A stretch of 64,000 nucleotides of DNA from a bacterium (GTDB lineage Bacteria; Zhuqueibacterota; Zhuqueibacteria; Oceanimicrobiales; Oceanimicrobiaceae), in assembly GCA_037446635.1 (NCBI GenBank), contig JBBIIG010000005.1, positions 1 to 64,000 on the forward strand, given 5' to 3'. A program made the translations under genes and the position numbers. Shown here piece by piece: positions 1 to 10,098 of the stretch. How positions within the stretch are numbered: position 1 is the stretch's first letter; every line of letters starts with the position of its first letter. The notes under the pieces are model-generated. The model was not told where the DNA came from. It saw only the letters and a program-made list of their open reading frames with translations, and did not search any database.

Positions 1-1404
1 ACAAAAGCCCACGCCCTCGACAAACCCCGCGCAAACTGAGGCGGGATGGGCGTTTTCGGTCACCCGGCCGCCGCCTTCTTTGCGTATCAAGGTTTGTACG
101 CCCTGCAGCATCGCGGGCAGGAAAGCTCCGGCATCGTTTCCAGCGACGGCAAATCCATGTACCGCCACATCGGCATGGGGCTGGTGAACGACGCGTTTGC
201 CGATATCTCTATTTTGAAGAGCCTCAAAGGGCATCTCGCCGTCGGACACAACCGCTACTCTACCACCGGCTCCACCATGATTCACAACGCCCAGCCGTTT
301 TTAGTGAATTTCAAAGACGGCCCGCTGGCGATTTCCCACAACGGTAATTTCGTCAACGCCCGTTCGGTGCGGGAAAAGTTAGTGGAAGACGGATCGATTT
401 TTCAAACCAGCAGCGACACCGAAGTCGTGCTGCATTTGATGGCGCGCTCGAAAAAGCAAAACCTCGTCGAAAAAATTCAGGACGCGTTCACGTTTCTTCA
501 GGGCGCCTACTCGATGGTGCTGCTCACCCGCGACAGCATCATCGGCGTGCGCGACCCCCGCGGCTGGCGGCCTCTTTGTCTCGGCAAAAAAGAAGACGCC
601 TATTTCATCGCCTCGGAATCGTGCGCCTTCGATCTCATCGACGCCGAGTACATTCGCGAAATCGAAGCCGGCGAAATTCTGGTGGTGAACGAAAACGGCG
701 CCGAATCGCACCGTTTGTTTGAGGATGCGGAACGCTGCGCCTGCATTTTCGAGTACGTCTATTTTTCCCGGCCCGACAGCAAAATCTTCAACGAAAACGT
801 GGACAGAGCCCGCCGCAAGTTGGGAAAGAATTTGGCGCTGGAACATCCCGCCGCGGCCGACATCGTGATCGCCGTGCCCGATTCCTCCAACACCGCCGCG
901 CTGGGTTACGCCCGCCGCTCCGGGATTAAATTTGAAATTGGGTTGATTCGCAATCACTACGTTGGCCGGACCTTCATACACCCCGAGCAGACCGATCGCG
1001 ATTTCAAAGTGCGGGTGAAGTTCAACCCGGTGGAAGGCGTGCTCAAAGATCGCCGGGTGGTGATTGTCGATGATTCCATCGTGCGCGGCACTACGTTGAA
1101 GCAACTGGTTAAAATGGTTCGCCGCGCCGGCGCAAAGGAGGTGCACGTGCGCGTGAGCTCGCCGCCCATCATTTCCCCCTGTTATTACGGCATGGATTTC
1201 CCCACCAAAGAAGAGCTCATCGCTTCCTCTAAAGCGGTTGAGGAAATAAAAGACTATCTGGGCGTGGACAGCCTCGGCTATCTTTCGCTGGAGGGAATGG
1301 TTAGCGCCGTTTCGGAAGATCAGAAAGGATTTTGCACCGCGTGTTTTACTGGCAAGTATCCACTGCCTCCGGAGGAAGGGATCAATAAATTACAATTGGA
1401 GTAA
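1..1404 (+). CDS. purF: Amidophosphoribosyltransferase; 5' end runs off the window; in-frame TGA at 37-39 at the catalytic Cys position
   Basis: LQHRGQES, GHNRYST, HNGN, SDTE and PRPP-binding VDDSIVRGTT motifs. The upstream frame reads DKPRAN*GGMGVFG, matching the propeptide/Cys1 region. Confidence 0.95.
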
Positions 1405-1412
1405 CGAAGTTT

Positions 1413-2384
1413 ATGAAAAAACTTTTGAAACCATTCGACTATCTTTTTGTGTTGCGGCCTGTGCAGTTTTACGCCGTGTGGGCGGTGTTTCTCGCCGGAT
1501 TTTTTGTGCAAAACAAATTTGGCGTGGCCGCCACTCCGATCGATTCCAGCAACAGCGCGCTACCCGTGAACGACTCCGGCCTGATTTGGATTGGCGTGAG
1601 TTTGACAGTGCTGATGGCTGCGGTTTTTGTGGTAAACCAAATTATGAGCCGCCATAACGGCAGCAAGGATAAAGCGAATTTGATTGCACAGGGCCACGTC
1701 GCCCCCAAAGTTGCGCTTATCGAAGCCGCCATTTTGTTGCTAGTTTCACTGGGCGCCGGATTTCTCTTTTCATTAAAAATCGGTTTGCTGCTGGTGGCGC
1801 TCGCGGTGGTCGGAGGATACTTTTATAATTTCAGACCCTTTAGCTGGAAAGACCAGCCGCTCTTGAGTCTCACTGCGAACGTCGTCGGCGCGTTTCTGGT
1901 TTTTGGAATCGGCTGGCTCATTCGCGGAACGATTTCGATGAACACAGTCGTCCACGATACCCCTAAACTGTCCATGTTGGCGGCGGTTTACCTGTACACG
2001 ACTCTCCCCGATTCTAAAAGCGCGGAGGCGTCCGAGCAAAATTCTTTCGGCAAAAAATATGGAATTCAAACCACCGTTTATCTGGGATTATCGCTGCAAG
2101 TCGTTGCGACAATTTTAGGCTTTCTTCAGAACGACGAAACCATTTTTTATTCCGCCTTTTTTGCGATTCCGTTTTCGGCCTGGGCGGCGGTCAAACTCAA
2201 AAGCGAAGACGTGCGCCGCGCCACCGGCTATTCGATTTTGCTGTTGACGATTGCCGTTTTGATCCAATATCAGTTGCAAGCGGGATCGTACATGTTGTTT
2301 TTCGTCATGCTCGGGTTTTATTTTTTTGCGCGCTTTTATTACCGCTTTCGTTTTGGTCTGGACTATCCAAGAATCGGGGCTTAA
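1413..2384 (+). CDS. UbiA-family prenyltransferase-like membrane protein with degenerate Asp-rich motifs
   Basis: N-terminal LRP motif, about 8-9 hydrophobic segments, YNFRPFSWKD loop. Motif I reads NQIMSRHNGSKD and motif II reads TTLPDSKSAE. Confidence 0.75.
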   Translation: MKKLLKPFDYLFVLRPVQFYAVWAVFLAGFFVQNKFGVAATPIDSSNSALPVNDSGLIWIGVSLTVLMAAVFVVNQIMSRHNGSKDKANLIAQGHVAPKVALIEAAILLLVSLGAGFLFSLKIGLLLVALAVVGGYFYNFRPFSWKDQPLLSLTANVVGAFLVFGIGWLIRGTISMNTVVHDTPKLSMLAAVYLYTTLPDSKSAEASEQNSFGKKYGIQTTVYLGLSLQVVATILGFLQNDETIFYSAFFAIPFSAWAAVKLKSEDVRRATGYSILLLTIAVLIQYQLQAGSYMLFFVMLGFYFFARFYYRFRFGLDYPRIGA

Positions 2385-2467
2385 ATACGGAGGGCAATGC
2401 TTTAGCATTTCTGTCATAACGCTAAAGCGTTTTACTCCGGATCTAAAGTAATGTAGAGTACCTTGAA

Positions 2468-2677
2468 ATGATTGCCGTCATCAACGATCGCTGTGATTTC
2501 TGCGGCGCGTGCGTCGCCGTCTGCCCGGTGGACTGCATCGATTTGTACGAAGCCCGGCTGGTCGTCAACGAAACCTGCATCGATTGCATGTTGTGCGTGT
2601 GGATTTGTCCGGTGGAAACTCTGGCGCCGCTGCACAAAATTGAGGAAGCGTCATGCGCGACTATTACGACTGCATAG
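2468..2677 (+). CDS. 2x[4Fe-4S] ferredoxin
   Basis: CDFCGACVAVCP and CIDCMLCVWICP motifs. Confidence 0.92.
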   Translation: MIAVINDRCDFCGACVAVCPVDCIDLYEARLVVNETCIDCMLCVWICPVETLAPLHKIEEASCATITTA

Positions 2678-3831
2678 TGGTGGGCGGTGGGCCCGGCGGC
2701 GCCTGGGCCGCGAAGCACGCCGCGGAAAACGGCGCCAACGTTTTGCTGCTGGAAAAAGATCGCGAGGTGGGCGTGCCGGTGCGCTGCGCCGAAGCCGTGA
2801 GCGCAGCCGGGTTAAAAACGGTGGTCGATCCCGACCCGCGCTGGATTTCCGCGGTCATCGAAGGCGCGGTGCTGATTGCGCCCAACGGCCGCGAAGTGGT
2901 GGTGGAAAGCGAAACCACCCGCGGCTACGTTCTCGACCGCAAAATCTTCGATTACGATCTCGTTCACCTCGCCGCCCGCCGCGGGGTGGAGGTGCGAACC
3001 AAAGCCTACGTCTATGATCTCATCAAAACCAATGGCGCGGTGGAAGGGGTGCGGGTGCAGCACTTGAGCCAGCACTACGACATTCGCGCGAAGGTGGTGA
3101 TTGGCGCCGACGGCGTGGAATCGCGCGTGGGCCGCTGGGCCGGACTGCGAACCAACATCAAGCTAAAAGATCTGGAAAGCTGCTTGCAGATGACGCTGGC
3201 CAATGTGAATGTGGATCCGCGCTACATCTATCTTTATTTTGGAGAGACGATTGCGCCCGGCGGTTACCTCTGGGTGTTTCCCAAAAACGATCAGCTCGCG
3301 AACGTGGGTCTTGGAATTTCCGGCGAGTATGCCCGACACAAATCCGCTAAGCGCTACTTGCAAGAATTTGTGGATAAACATTTTCCGAATGCCGCGGTGT
3401 TGTACACGGTAGTGGGCGGCGTCCCCTGTGCCAAGACATTGAAAAAAATCGTCGCCGATGGTTTGATGCTGGTGGGCGACGCCGCGCACCAGGTGAACCC
3501 GATGTCCGGCGCCGGCATTGTCACCGCGATGATCGCCGGACAATTGGCGGGCCGGGTCGCGGCGCAGGCCATCAAAGAAAATGATGTTTCGGAAAAGCGG
3601 TTACTCGAGTACCCTGATGCCTGGTATAAGGCCAAAGGCAAAAACAACGAACGCTTTTACAATATCAAAAAGGCAGTTTACACATTGACGGACGACGACC
3701 TCAACGCTACTGCCGACGTTGTGCTTCGGCTGCCGCCGGAAAAACGGACGCTGGTGAATATTTTTAAATCGGCGCTGGTGAAACATCCGGCTTTGCTCAT
3801 CGACGTGGTTAAAGCGTTTATGAAAAGTTAG
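2653..3831 (+). CDS. Geranylgeranyl reductase family flavoprotein (digeranylgeranylglycerophospholipid reductase-like)
   Basis: GGGPGG FAD motif, PVRCAE, ADGVES, APGGYLWVFPK (PxxYxWxFP), GDAA..VNPMSGAGI. Confidence 0.88.
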   Translation: MRDYYDCIVVGGGPGGAWAAKHAAENGANVLLLEKDREVGVPVRCAEAVSAAGLKTVVDPDPRWISAVIEGAVLIAPNGREVVVESETTRGYVLDRKIFDYDLVHLAARRGVEVRTKAYVYDLIKTNGAVEGVRVQHLSQHYDIRAKVVIGADGVESRVGRWAGLRTNIKLKDLESCLQMTLANVNVDPRYIYLYFGETIAPGGYLWVFPKNDQLANVGLGISGEYARHKSAKRYLQEFVDKHFPNAAVLYTVVGGVPCAKTLKKIVADGLMLVGDAAHQVNPMSGAGIVTAMIAGQLAGRVAAQAIKENDVSEKRLLEYPDAWYKAKGKNNERFYNIKKAVYTLTDDDLNATADVVLRLPPEKRTLVNIFKSALVKHPALLIDVVKAFMKS

Positions 3832-3863
3832 ATTCGCAACTTTTATGACAGGGCGTACTGAGA

Positions 3864-4430
3864 GTGAATTTCAGAGAAGTTTTTTATATTTCTAACCTGC
3901 TCAGCGTCAGCCGGATTTTTCTTTTGATCCCGATTTATTATTTATTGAAGCAGCAAACGCCGGCCGGCAACTATTTAACCATTACGGTGATGTTGCTCGC
4001 CGCCGCCACCGATTTTTGGGATGGCCGGCTGGCGCGGCTGCGAAATGAGCAGTCCGATCTCGGCCGAATTCTCGATCCGCTGGCGGATAAAATTTGTGTG
4101 GCCGCCGCAGCCATTTTGTTGGTGGGACTGCGCGGCTTGCCGCTGTGGTATGTGGCGCTGATTTTAGTGCGCGACTTGATGATTTTAATTGGCGGGTTGT
4201 TTCTAATGTACAAAACTAAAAAAGTAGTTGAATCCAACTGGCCGGGAAAAATAACGGCGGGCGGACTGGCGGTGGTGATTATGACTTACACGCTCAATCT
4301 CGAGGTGGTTGAGCGACCCTTCCTGTGGATCAGCGTGGGCATGGTTGTAATTTCTTCTTTGTTTTATTTGATTAAAATGGTAAATTTGCTTCGTCAGAAA
4401 AAACCGGGAGAAAGCAGTGCAAAAATATAA
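3864..4430 (+). CDS. CDP-alcohol phosphatidyltransferase (PgsA-like)
   Basis: Signature TDFWDGRLAR...GRILDPLADK. Confidence 0.92.
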   Translation: MNFREVFYISNLLSVSRIFLLIPIYYLLKQQTPAGNYLTITVMLLAAATDFWDGRLARLRNEQSDLGRILDPLADKICVAAAAILLVGLRGLPLWYVALILVRDLMILIGGLFLMYKTKKVVESNWPGKITAGGLAVVIMTYTLNLEVVERPFLWISVGMVVISSLFYLIKMVNLLRQKKPGESSAKI

Positions 4431-4641
4431 CTTTCCAGTCGTGATTGAGAAAGATAAAGATGGCTATTTTGCTTTTTGTCCTGCCTTGCAAGGTTGCTAC
4501 ACTCAGGGTGAATCTTACGAGGAAGCTTTAACAAACATCCAGGATGCCATTCGACTGCATATTGAAGATCATTTGGCGTCTGGTGAATCACTTCCTTCTT
4601 TAGAAATGGTGAGCCTCGCGACTTTGGAGGTGGAGGTGTGA
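4417..4641 (+). CDS. hicB: HicB-family antitoxin
   Basis: VVIEKDKDGYFAFCPALQGCYTQGESYEEALTNIQDAI. Confidence 0.9.
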   Translation: MQKYNFPVVIEKDKDGYFAFCPALQGCYTQGESYEEALTNIQDAIRLHIEDHLASGESLPSLEMVSLATLEVEV

Positions 4642-4859
4642 GTCCTCGACTGCCCCGAGTGACGTCGTCACAAGTAATTCGTGTCCTTGAGAAATTAGGT
4701 TTCGAGCTGTCCCGTCAGAGTGGAGTCACAAAATAAACCGAAGAAGGGAAACGTGTAACCGTGCCATTTCACTCAAAAAAGATATTGCATCCTAAAGTTT
4801 TGAAAAATATTCTTGATGATGCCGGTTTAACACAGGAAGAATTTGCAGAATTGCTATAA
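4638..4859 (+). pseudogene. hicA: HicA-family toxin, disrupted
   Basis: GTG overlaps the hicB stop. Reads MSPRLPRVTSSQVIRVLEKLGFELSRQSGVTK*TEEGKRVTVPFHSKKILHPKVLKNILDDAGL. The GSH motif is shifted out of frame and there is a TAA at 4734-4736. Confidence 0.85.
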
Positions 4860-4908
4860 TGCTCTTCAGTTGAATTTCAAAAGTCAGAATAAAAGTGATA
4901 AACCTGCT

Positions 4909-4938
4909 CGTAGGGGCGTATTGCAATACGCCCCTACG
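4909..4938. repeat. GTAG-type REP palindrome
   Basis: Perfect palindrome CGTAGGGGCGTATTGCAATACGCCCCTACG; related copy at 31599-31626. Confidence 0.8.
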
Positions 4939-4963
4939 ATGATCATAAACGACCGTCAATTCG

Positions 4964-5899
4964 ATGCCCTCTATTTTCGAAAAATTCAAAGCCGGTCTCG
5001 CCAAAACCCGCCAGGGCTTTATGGAGGAGATCGTCAAGCTGCTCAAAAATCAATACACCATCGATGAGCCGCTGCTGGAGCAGATCGAGGAAATTCTTAT
5101 TCGCGCCGATGTGGGAGTTGAGACGAGCCAGCGCCTCATCGAAGCGTTGCGCCAACAGGTTTTGAAAGAAGGCTTCCGCGAGCCGCAGGAATTGCTTGCC
5201 GTTCTCAAAAAGCAGTTGTTGATGTATCTAACCACGAATGGCCACGTGGATGCGGAATCGGCGAACGGTTTCTTCTCACCCACGGTAAAACCGTTTGTGG
5301 TGATGGTGGTCGGCGTCAACGGCACGGGCAAAACCACCACCATCGCCAAATTAGCCAAGGCGTTTCATGAGCGCGGCCAGAAGGTGCTGCTGGCGGCGGC
5401 CGACACCTTCCGCGCCGCGGCCTCCGAGCAACTCGAAATTTGGGCGCGGCGCGCTGGCGTCGATATCGTACGCACGCTGCCCGGCGGCGATCCGGCCGCC
5501 GTGGCCTTTGACGCGCTGAACGCCGCCATCGCCCGCCACGTCGATGTGCTGATCGTTGATACCGCCGGGCGGCTGCACACCAAAGTCAATCTCATGGAAG
5601 AATTGAAAAAAATTCAGCGGGTGTTGAAAAAAGCCCTCGAAACCGCGCCCCACGAGATTTTGCTGGTGCTCGACGCCTCCACTGGACAGAACGCCTTAGC
5701 GCAAGCGCAGCAGTTTAAAGAGGCGGTCAACGTCACCGGCATCGTGGTGACCAAATTGGACGGCACGGCGAAAGGCGGCATGGTCTTCGCCATTCAAAAT
5801 CAGCTCAGGGTGCCGGTTCGTTTCATTGGATTGGGAGAAACGATGGACGATCTCAAAGCCTTTGATCCCGCAACGTTTGTTGAGGCGCTGTTCGAATGA
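4964..5899 (+). CDS. ftsY: Signal recognition particle receptor FtsY
   Basis: [33 protein letters not shown]. Confidence 0.97.
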   Translation: MPSIFEKFKAGLAKTRQGFMEEIVKLLKNQYTIDEPLLEQIEEILIRADVGVETSQRLIEALRQQVLKEGFREPQELLAVLKKQLLMYLTTNGHVDAESANGFFSPTVKPFVVMVVGVNGTGKTTTIAKLAKAFHERGQKVLLAAADTFRAAASEQLEIWARRAGVDIVRTLPGGDPAAVAFDALNAAIARHVDVLIVDTAGRLHTKVNLMEELKKIQRVLKKALETAPHEILLVLDASTGQNALAQAQQFKEAVNVTGIVVTKLDGTAKGGMVFAIQNQLRVPVRFIGLGETMDDLKAFDPATFVEALFE

Positions 5900-5957
5900 G
5901 GTCCTAAAATTGGGCTGTCAAGACAGCCTGAAATTCGATTGTCGAATTTCTAAATAC

Positions 5958-6004
5958 GAAACAAATTCAAAATTTTTTGAATTTATTTTTTTGAATTTGT
6001 TTCG
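5958..6004. repeat. AT-rich inverted repeat
   Basis: CGAAACAAATTCAAAA ... TTTTGAATTTGTTTCG between ftsY and rimO. Confidence 0.6.
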
Positions 6005-6037
6005 GATTTCATTCTAAATTTTTCAGATGAACTTTAA

Positions 6038-7324
6038 ATGAAAATTAATCTCACCACATTGGGTTGTCCCAAAAATATCGTGGACTCTGAAATTTTGCTG
6101 GGCGGCCTCAAAGGCGACGGCGCCGAAATCGTGGATGATGCCGCGCAGGCCGAGACCATCATTCTCAACACCTGCGGTTTCATTCAGGGCGCGAAAGAGG
6201 AATCCATCGACGCGATTTTACAGGCGGTGGAGATGAAAAAGCGCGGCCGGTGCCGGCGGGTGTTTGTGACCGGCTGCCTCTCGCAGCGCTACCGCGACGA
6301 ATTGCAAGCGGAAATTCCGGAGGTTGATGGTTTTTATGGCAACCGCGACCTGATCCAAATTCTCCGCGACATTTTGAGTCGCCTCGATCTCAAACGCGAG
6401 TTGTTGGGCGAGCGCCATCTCACCACGCCGCGCCATTTCGCGTATCTCAAAATTTCCGAGGGCTGCGAGAATCCCTGCACCTTTTGCTCGATTCCGCAAA
6501 TCCGCGGCAAGTTTCAAAGCCGCAGCCTGGAGTCGCTGCTCGAAGAGGCGTATCGGCTGGCCGACCACGGCGTGCAGGAGCTCATTCTGATCGCGCAGGA
6601 TACGACCATCTACGGTCAGGATCGTTACGGCGAAAAACGGCTGGTCCCGCTTCTGGATAAGCTGACCCAAATCCCAGCCTTCAAATGGGTGCGTTTGTTG
6701 TACACCTATCCGGCGCATTTCAATGATGATTTAATTGAAATAATTTCAGAACGAAAGAGTATTATAAACTACGTGGACATGCCCATCCAGCACATCTCGG
6801 ATCGCATGTTGAAGTTGATGGGACGCCGAGTGCGGCGCGCGCAGATTGAGCGGATCATCGAAAAGCTGCGCACGGGCAATCCGGAGTTGGCGATTCGTTC
6901 CACGTTGATTTCTGGATTTCCAGGAGAAACCGAGCAGGAACATTTGGAGCTGCTGGACTTTGTGAAACAAGTGCGTTTCCATCGCCTGGGGATGTTCGCG
7001 TTTTCGCGTGAAGAAAACACCCCGGCCTATCGGCTGCCCAATCAGATTCCGGGGCACGTCATTCAAGAGCGGCTGGCAGAGCTGACAGATGCGCAAAACG
7101 AAATTTCGTTTGCGATGAATCGGGAATTGATCGGCCAGGTCCGAGAAGTAATTTTTGATGAATCGAACCCGGCCCCTGGTGAGTCGATTGGGCGCACGCC
7201 CTGGGACTGCCCCGAGATTGATAATTCAGTGCTCGTGAAGGGGGAGGTGGAACCGGGTCGGTTTCACCGAGTGAGAATTATTGACTGTGATGACTACGAC
7301 TTGATCGGGGAGTTAGCCGAATAA
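6038..7324 (+). CDS. rimO: Ribosomal protein S12 methylthiotransferase
   Basis: LGCPKNIVDSE, NTCGFI, radical SAM CENPCTFC, C-terminal TRAM domain with PEID. Confidence 0.96.
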   Translation: MKINLTTLGCPKNIVDSEILLGGLKGDGAEIVDDAAQAETIILNTCGFIQGAKEESIDAILQAVEMKKRGRCRRVFVTGCLSQRYRDELQAEIPEVDGFYGNRDLIQILRDILSRLDLKRELLGERHLTTPRHFAYLKISEGCENPCTFCSIPQIRGKFQSRSLESLLEEAYRLADHGVQELILIAQDTTIYGQDRYGEKRLVPLLDKLTQIPAFKWVRLLYTYPAHFNDDLIEIISERKSIINYVDMPIQHISDRMLKLMGRRVRRAQIERIIEKLRTGNPELAIRSTLISGFPGETEQEHLELLDFVKQVRFHRLGMFAFSREENTPAYRLPNQIPGHVIQERLAELTDAQNEISFAMNRELIGQVREVIFDESNPAPGESIGRTPWDCPEIDNSVLVKGEVEPGRFHRVRIIDCDDYDLIGELAE

Positions 7325-7387
7325 TGACATTAAGCAATTTTTACTTCAGCGTACTCTATTCTGTATCATAGCGAGTCGGAGGCCATT

Positions 7388-8683
7388 ATGAAGACTTCAA
7401 AATTAATTATTGCGTTGATCATATTCTCTGTGGCCGCCTTGCCGATATCCGCGTCAGAATTGAAAACCGAGGACCACCCGAAGTTTGATTTTGACGCTGT
7501 AAATACGGCCTCGGACAATTTCAACTTGAGCCATCTCGACATTTACGTGAGAGTCAACTTCGATGAGCTGCAATTTCTGAAATCGGATGATGGCTTTCGC
7601 GCAAGTTATGAGATCATCGTTTCGATATTGGATAAATCCGGCCATCCCATTGATGTCAAAGACGCGCGCGAGGAAATTCTTACCGAAGAGGTTAATGATA
7701 TTCAATCCATCCGCAAGTTCAAGCTTAATAAGTTTTCTTTTGATTTGCCTCCGGCAAAATATGAAATTGTGTTGAGCCTGCAAGACCTCGAAACTCAGAA
7801 GGTCACAAACCGCAAGCAAGATATCACTTTAAAAAAATATCCGAAGAGCGATTTTCTCGCCAGCGACATCTTGTATTTAGACTATGTTTCAGAAGATGCC
7901 GACGGCAATCTGAAATTCAACCCAAAGGTTTCTGGATCGAAATTGCCCGATTCCCGGTTGTACGCTTATTTTGAGGTATATAATATTCCGGACTCCGACA
8001 GTGTTTTTGTGAGCATCGAGATTGTTAATCCCAAGAATGGAAAATCCCTGCAGCAAGAGTCGCATGAATACTGGCTGCGAAGCGGCGGGCGGGTGACGAA
8101 GAGTTATCTGGAAGTCGCCGATAGCCGTTTACCCCACGGCCGTTATACCACTCGCATTCAGGTGAAGCATGACAACGATACTGTGTCCTTAGAACGGCCG
8201 TTTGAATGGTATTGGGAGGGGCTGCCGAGCTCGTTCTCGAATTTGGACGAAGCGATTGATGCGCTGGCTTACATTGTTTCGAAGGAGGAATTGCAAAAAC
8301 TCCAGGCCGTTTCAATGGCTGAGAAACATCAGGCCTATCTGAAGTTTTGGGAAAAGCACGATCCCACCCCCGGCACTTCTGAAAACGAATTTCGGATGGA
8401 TTACTATGAGCGCATCGCTTATGCCAATGACAATTTTTTTGGTCATCGCAAGCCGGGCTGGAAAACCGATATGGGATGGGCTTATGTTTTATTGGGCCCG
8501 CCTGATTCCATCGAGCGCAACCCGTTTAATCAAAAATTTGCAACCTTACCAGGGCGAACCATCAAAGCGTTAGAAGTTTGGACCTACTACCGCTACAGTC
8601 GGCAATTAATCTTCATTGACGAGCTCGGTTTTGGCGAGTACCGCCTCGACAATCCAGTTACTTTGTATGACATGATTAAATGA
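7388..8683 (+). CDS. GWxTD domain-containing secreted protein
   Basis: Signal peptide; FWEKHDPTPGT..NEF..YYERIAYAN..F..GWKTDMG..Y..LGPPD. Confidence 0.88.
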   Translation: MKTSKLIIALIIFSVAALPISASELKTEDHPKFDFDAVNTASDNFNLSHLDIYVRVNFDELQFLKSDDGFRASYEIIVSILDKSGHPIDVKDAREEILTEEVNDIQSIRKFKLNKFSFDLPPAKYEIVLSLQDLETQKVTNRKQDITLKKYPKSDFLASDILYLDYVSEDADGNLKFNPKVSGSKLPDSRLYAYFEVYNIPDSDSVFVSIEIVNPKNGKSLQQESHEYWLRSGGRVTKSYLEVADSRLPHGRYTTRIQVKHDNDTVSLERPFEWYWEGLPSSFSNLDEAIDALAYIVSKEELQKLQAVSMAEKHQAYLKFWEKHDPTPGTSENEFRMDYYERIAYANDNFFGHRKPGWKTDMGWAYVLLGPPDSIERNPFNQKFATLPGRTIKALEVWTYYRYSRQLIFIDELGFGEYRLDNPVTLYDMIK

Positions 8684-8733
8684 GGCTTGTGCCCTTATCG
8701 AATGTTCGGCAGTTTATGAAGGGGTGAGGTTAG

Positions 8734-10086
8734 ATGATGCGAATCGTTTCCAAAAATTTCCTATCGGGGGTTCAAAGCGCGAAGCGGCTGGTTTTGATTT
8801 TGACGCTGCTGCTGGCGGCTGCTCTTCACCGCTTCCTTCACGCACAAACTCCCATCTCAGAGAGGCTTGATTATTACGATGCCACATTGGGCTTCAAGCA
8901 GCGGCCGCTTACCGTCATCACCTACAGCACCGCCAGCCTTGATAGCAATTTGAGCCAGTTGAATATTACCGTCAGTTTCGTTAACGATGAGCTCCAGTTT
9001 GTAACCACCAAAGATAAAAAATTCCGCGCCGATTTTTTGGTCAAACTCGTTATCCTGAATTCTGACGGCAGCAAGGTGGACAGCGTCAATTGGCGGGGGT
9101 TTGTCATGGCGCAGAATTTCAAGGAAACGATCTCCACCACCATAAGACACACCACGCGCGGTGAGATAAGTTTAGCCCCGGGAGAATACCGCTACCGAGT
9201 CGAGTTGGTGGATCTGGAAACCCGCCGCGCCAAGCATCGCGAAGGAACCGCTGCGGTTCGAGACTTTTCCAGCGCTGCTGTTCTTCTCAGCGATATCGCT
9301 ATCCTCGACGCTCAGACTCTGGCGCAAACCAGTGCATTGAAAAGCCAGGAACCATTAGCCGACTCCCTCCACTACGCCTTTTTCGAAATCTATAACCTGC
9401 CGCCGGGCGACAGCGCCGTCGTGCAATATGAGATCTCCGAGCCGATGAGCGAGAAGGTCGTAAAAGGGCAGCGAGTCGTAACCAGCCAAGGCCGGATCAC
9501 AAAACAGATTTTCGCTATCGAAGATCCAAACGTCATAAGCGACGCGACGCGCATCAAATTTTCCATCTCCGTCAACGATACCACCCATGAGTTGGAACGC
9601 CAAGTTGTTCCGGGCCCCGCCGCGGCTAAACCGCAAATCGACTTAAAAGACGCCATCGAAAAGTTGATCTACATTGCCAAAGGCGATGAGCTCAAGCGGC
9701 TGCGAAAAGCCAAAGGAGAGGAGCAGGCGCTGGAATTCCAGAAATTCTGGGAGAAACGAGACCCCACGCCGGGCACGCCTGTGAACGAGTATTACGAAGA
9801 ATATTACCGTCGAATCGAATACGCCAACAAAACGTTTGGCAGCAACGACCGGGGCTGGCGCAGCGATCGGGGGATGATTTTCGTCAAGCTGGGCCCACCC
9901 GATTATATCAATCGCCCGTTTAACTTTAATGAATATAGCGATTCATTCTCCCCACAACGGGTTTATATTGTCTGGCAGTACATTAACCTCGCCCGGCGGG
10001 TAGTGTTTTTATTTGATGCCGGCGAGTATCGCATCGTCAACTATCACGAAATTTTCGACATCATTAATGATGAAATGCGCCTCTGA
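8734..10086 (+). CDS. GWxTD domain-containing secreted protein (paralog)
   Basis: Signal peptide; FWEKRDPTPGTPVNE..YYRRIEYAN..GWRSDRG..LGPPD. Confidence 0.88.
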   Translation: MMRIVSKNFLSGVQSAKRLVLILTLLLAAALHRFLHAQTPISERLDYYDATLGFKQRPLTVITYSTASLDSNLSQLNITVSFVNDELQFVTTKDKKFRADFLVKLVILNSDGSKVDSVNWRGFVMAQNFKETISTTIRHTTRGEISLAPGEYRYRVELVDLETRRAKHREGTAAVRDFSSAAVLLSDIAILDAQTLAQTSALKSQEPLADSLHYAFFEIYNLPPGDSAVVQYEISEPMSEKVVKGQRVVTSQGRITKQIFAIEDPNVISDATRIKFSISVNDTTHELERQVVPGPAAAKPQIDLKDAIEKLIYIAKGDELKRLRKAKGEEQALEFQKFWEKRDPTPGTPVNEYYEEYYRRIEYANKTFGSNDRGWRSDRGMIFVKLGPPDYINRPFNFNEYSDSFSPQRVYIVWQYINLARRVVFLFDAGEYRIVNYHEIFDIINDEMRL

Positions 10087-10098
10087 GTTCCATCTGAA

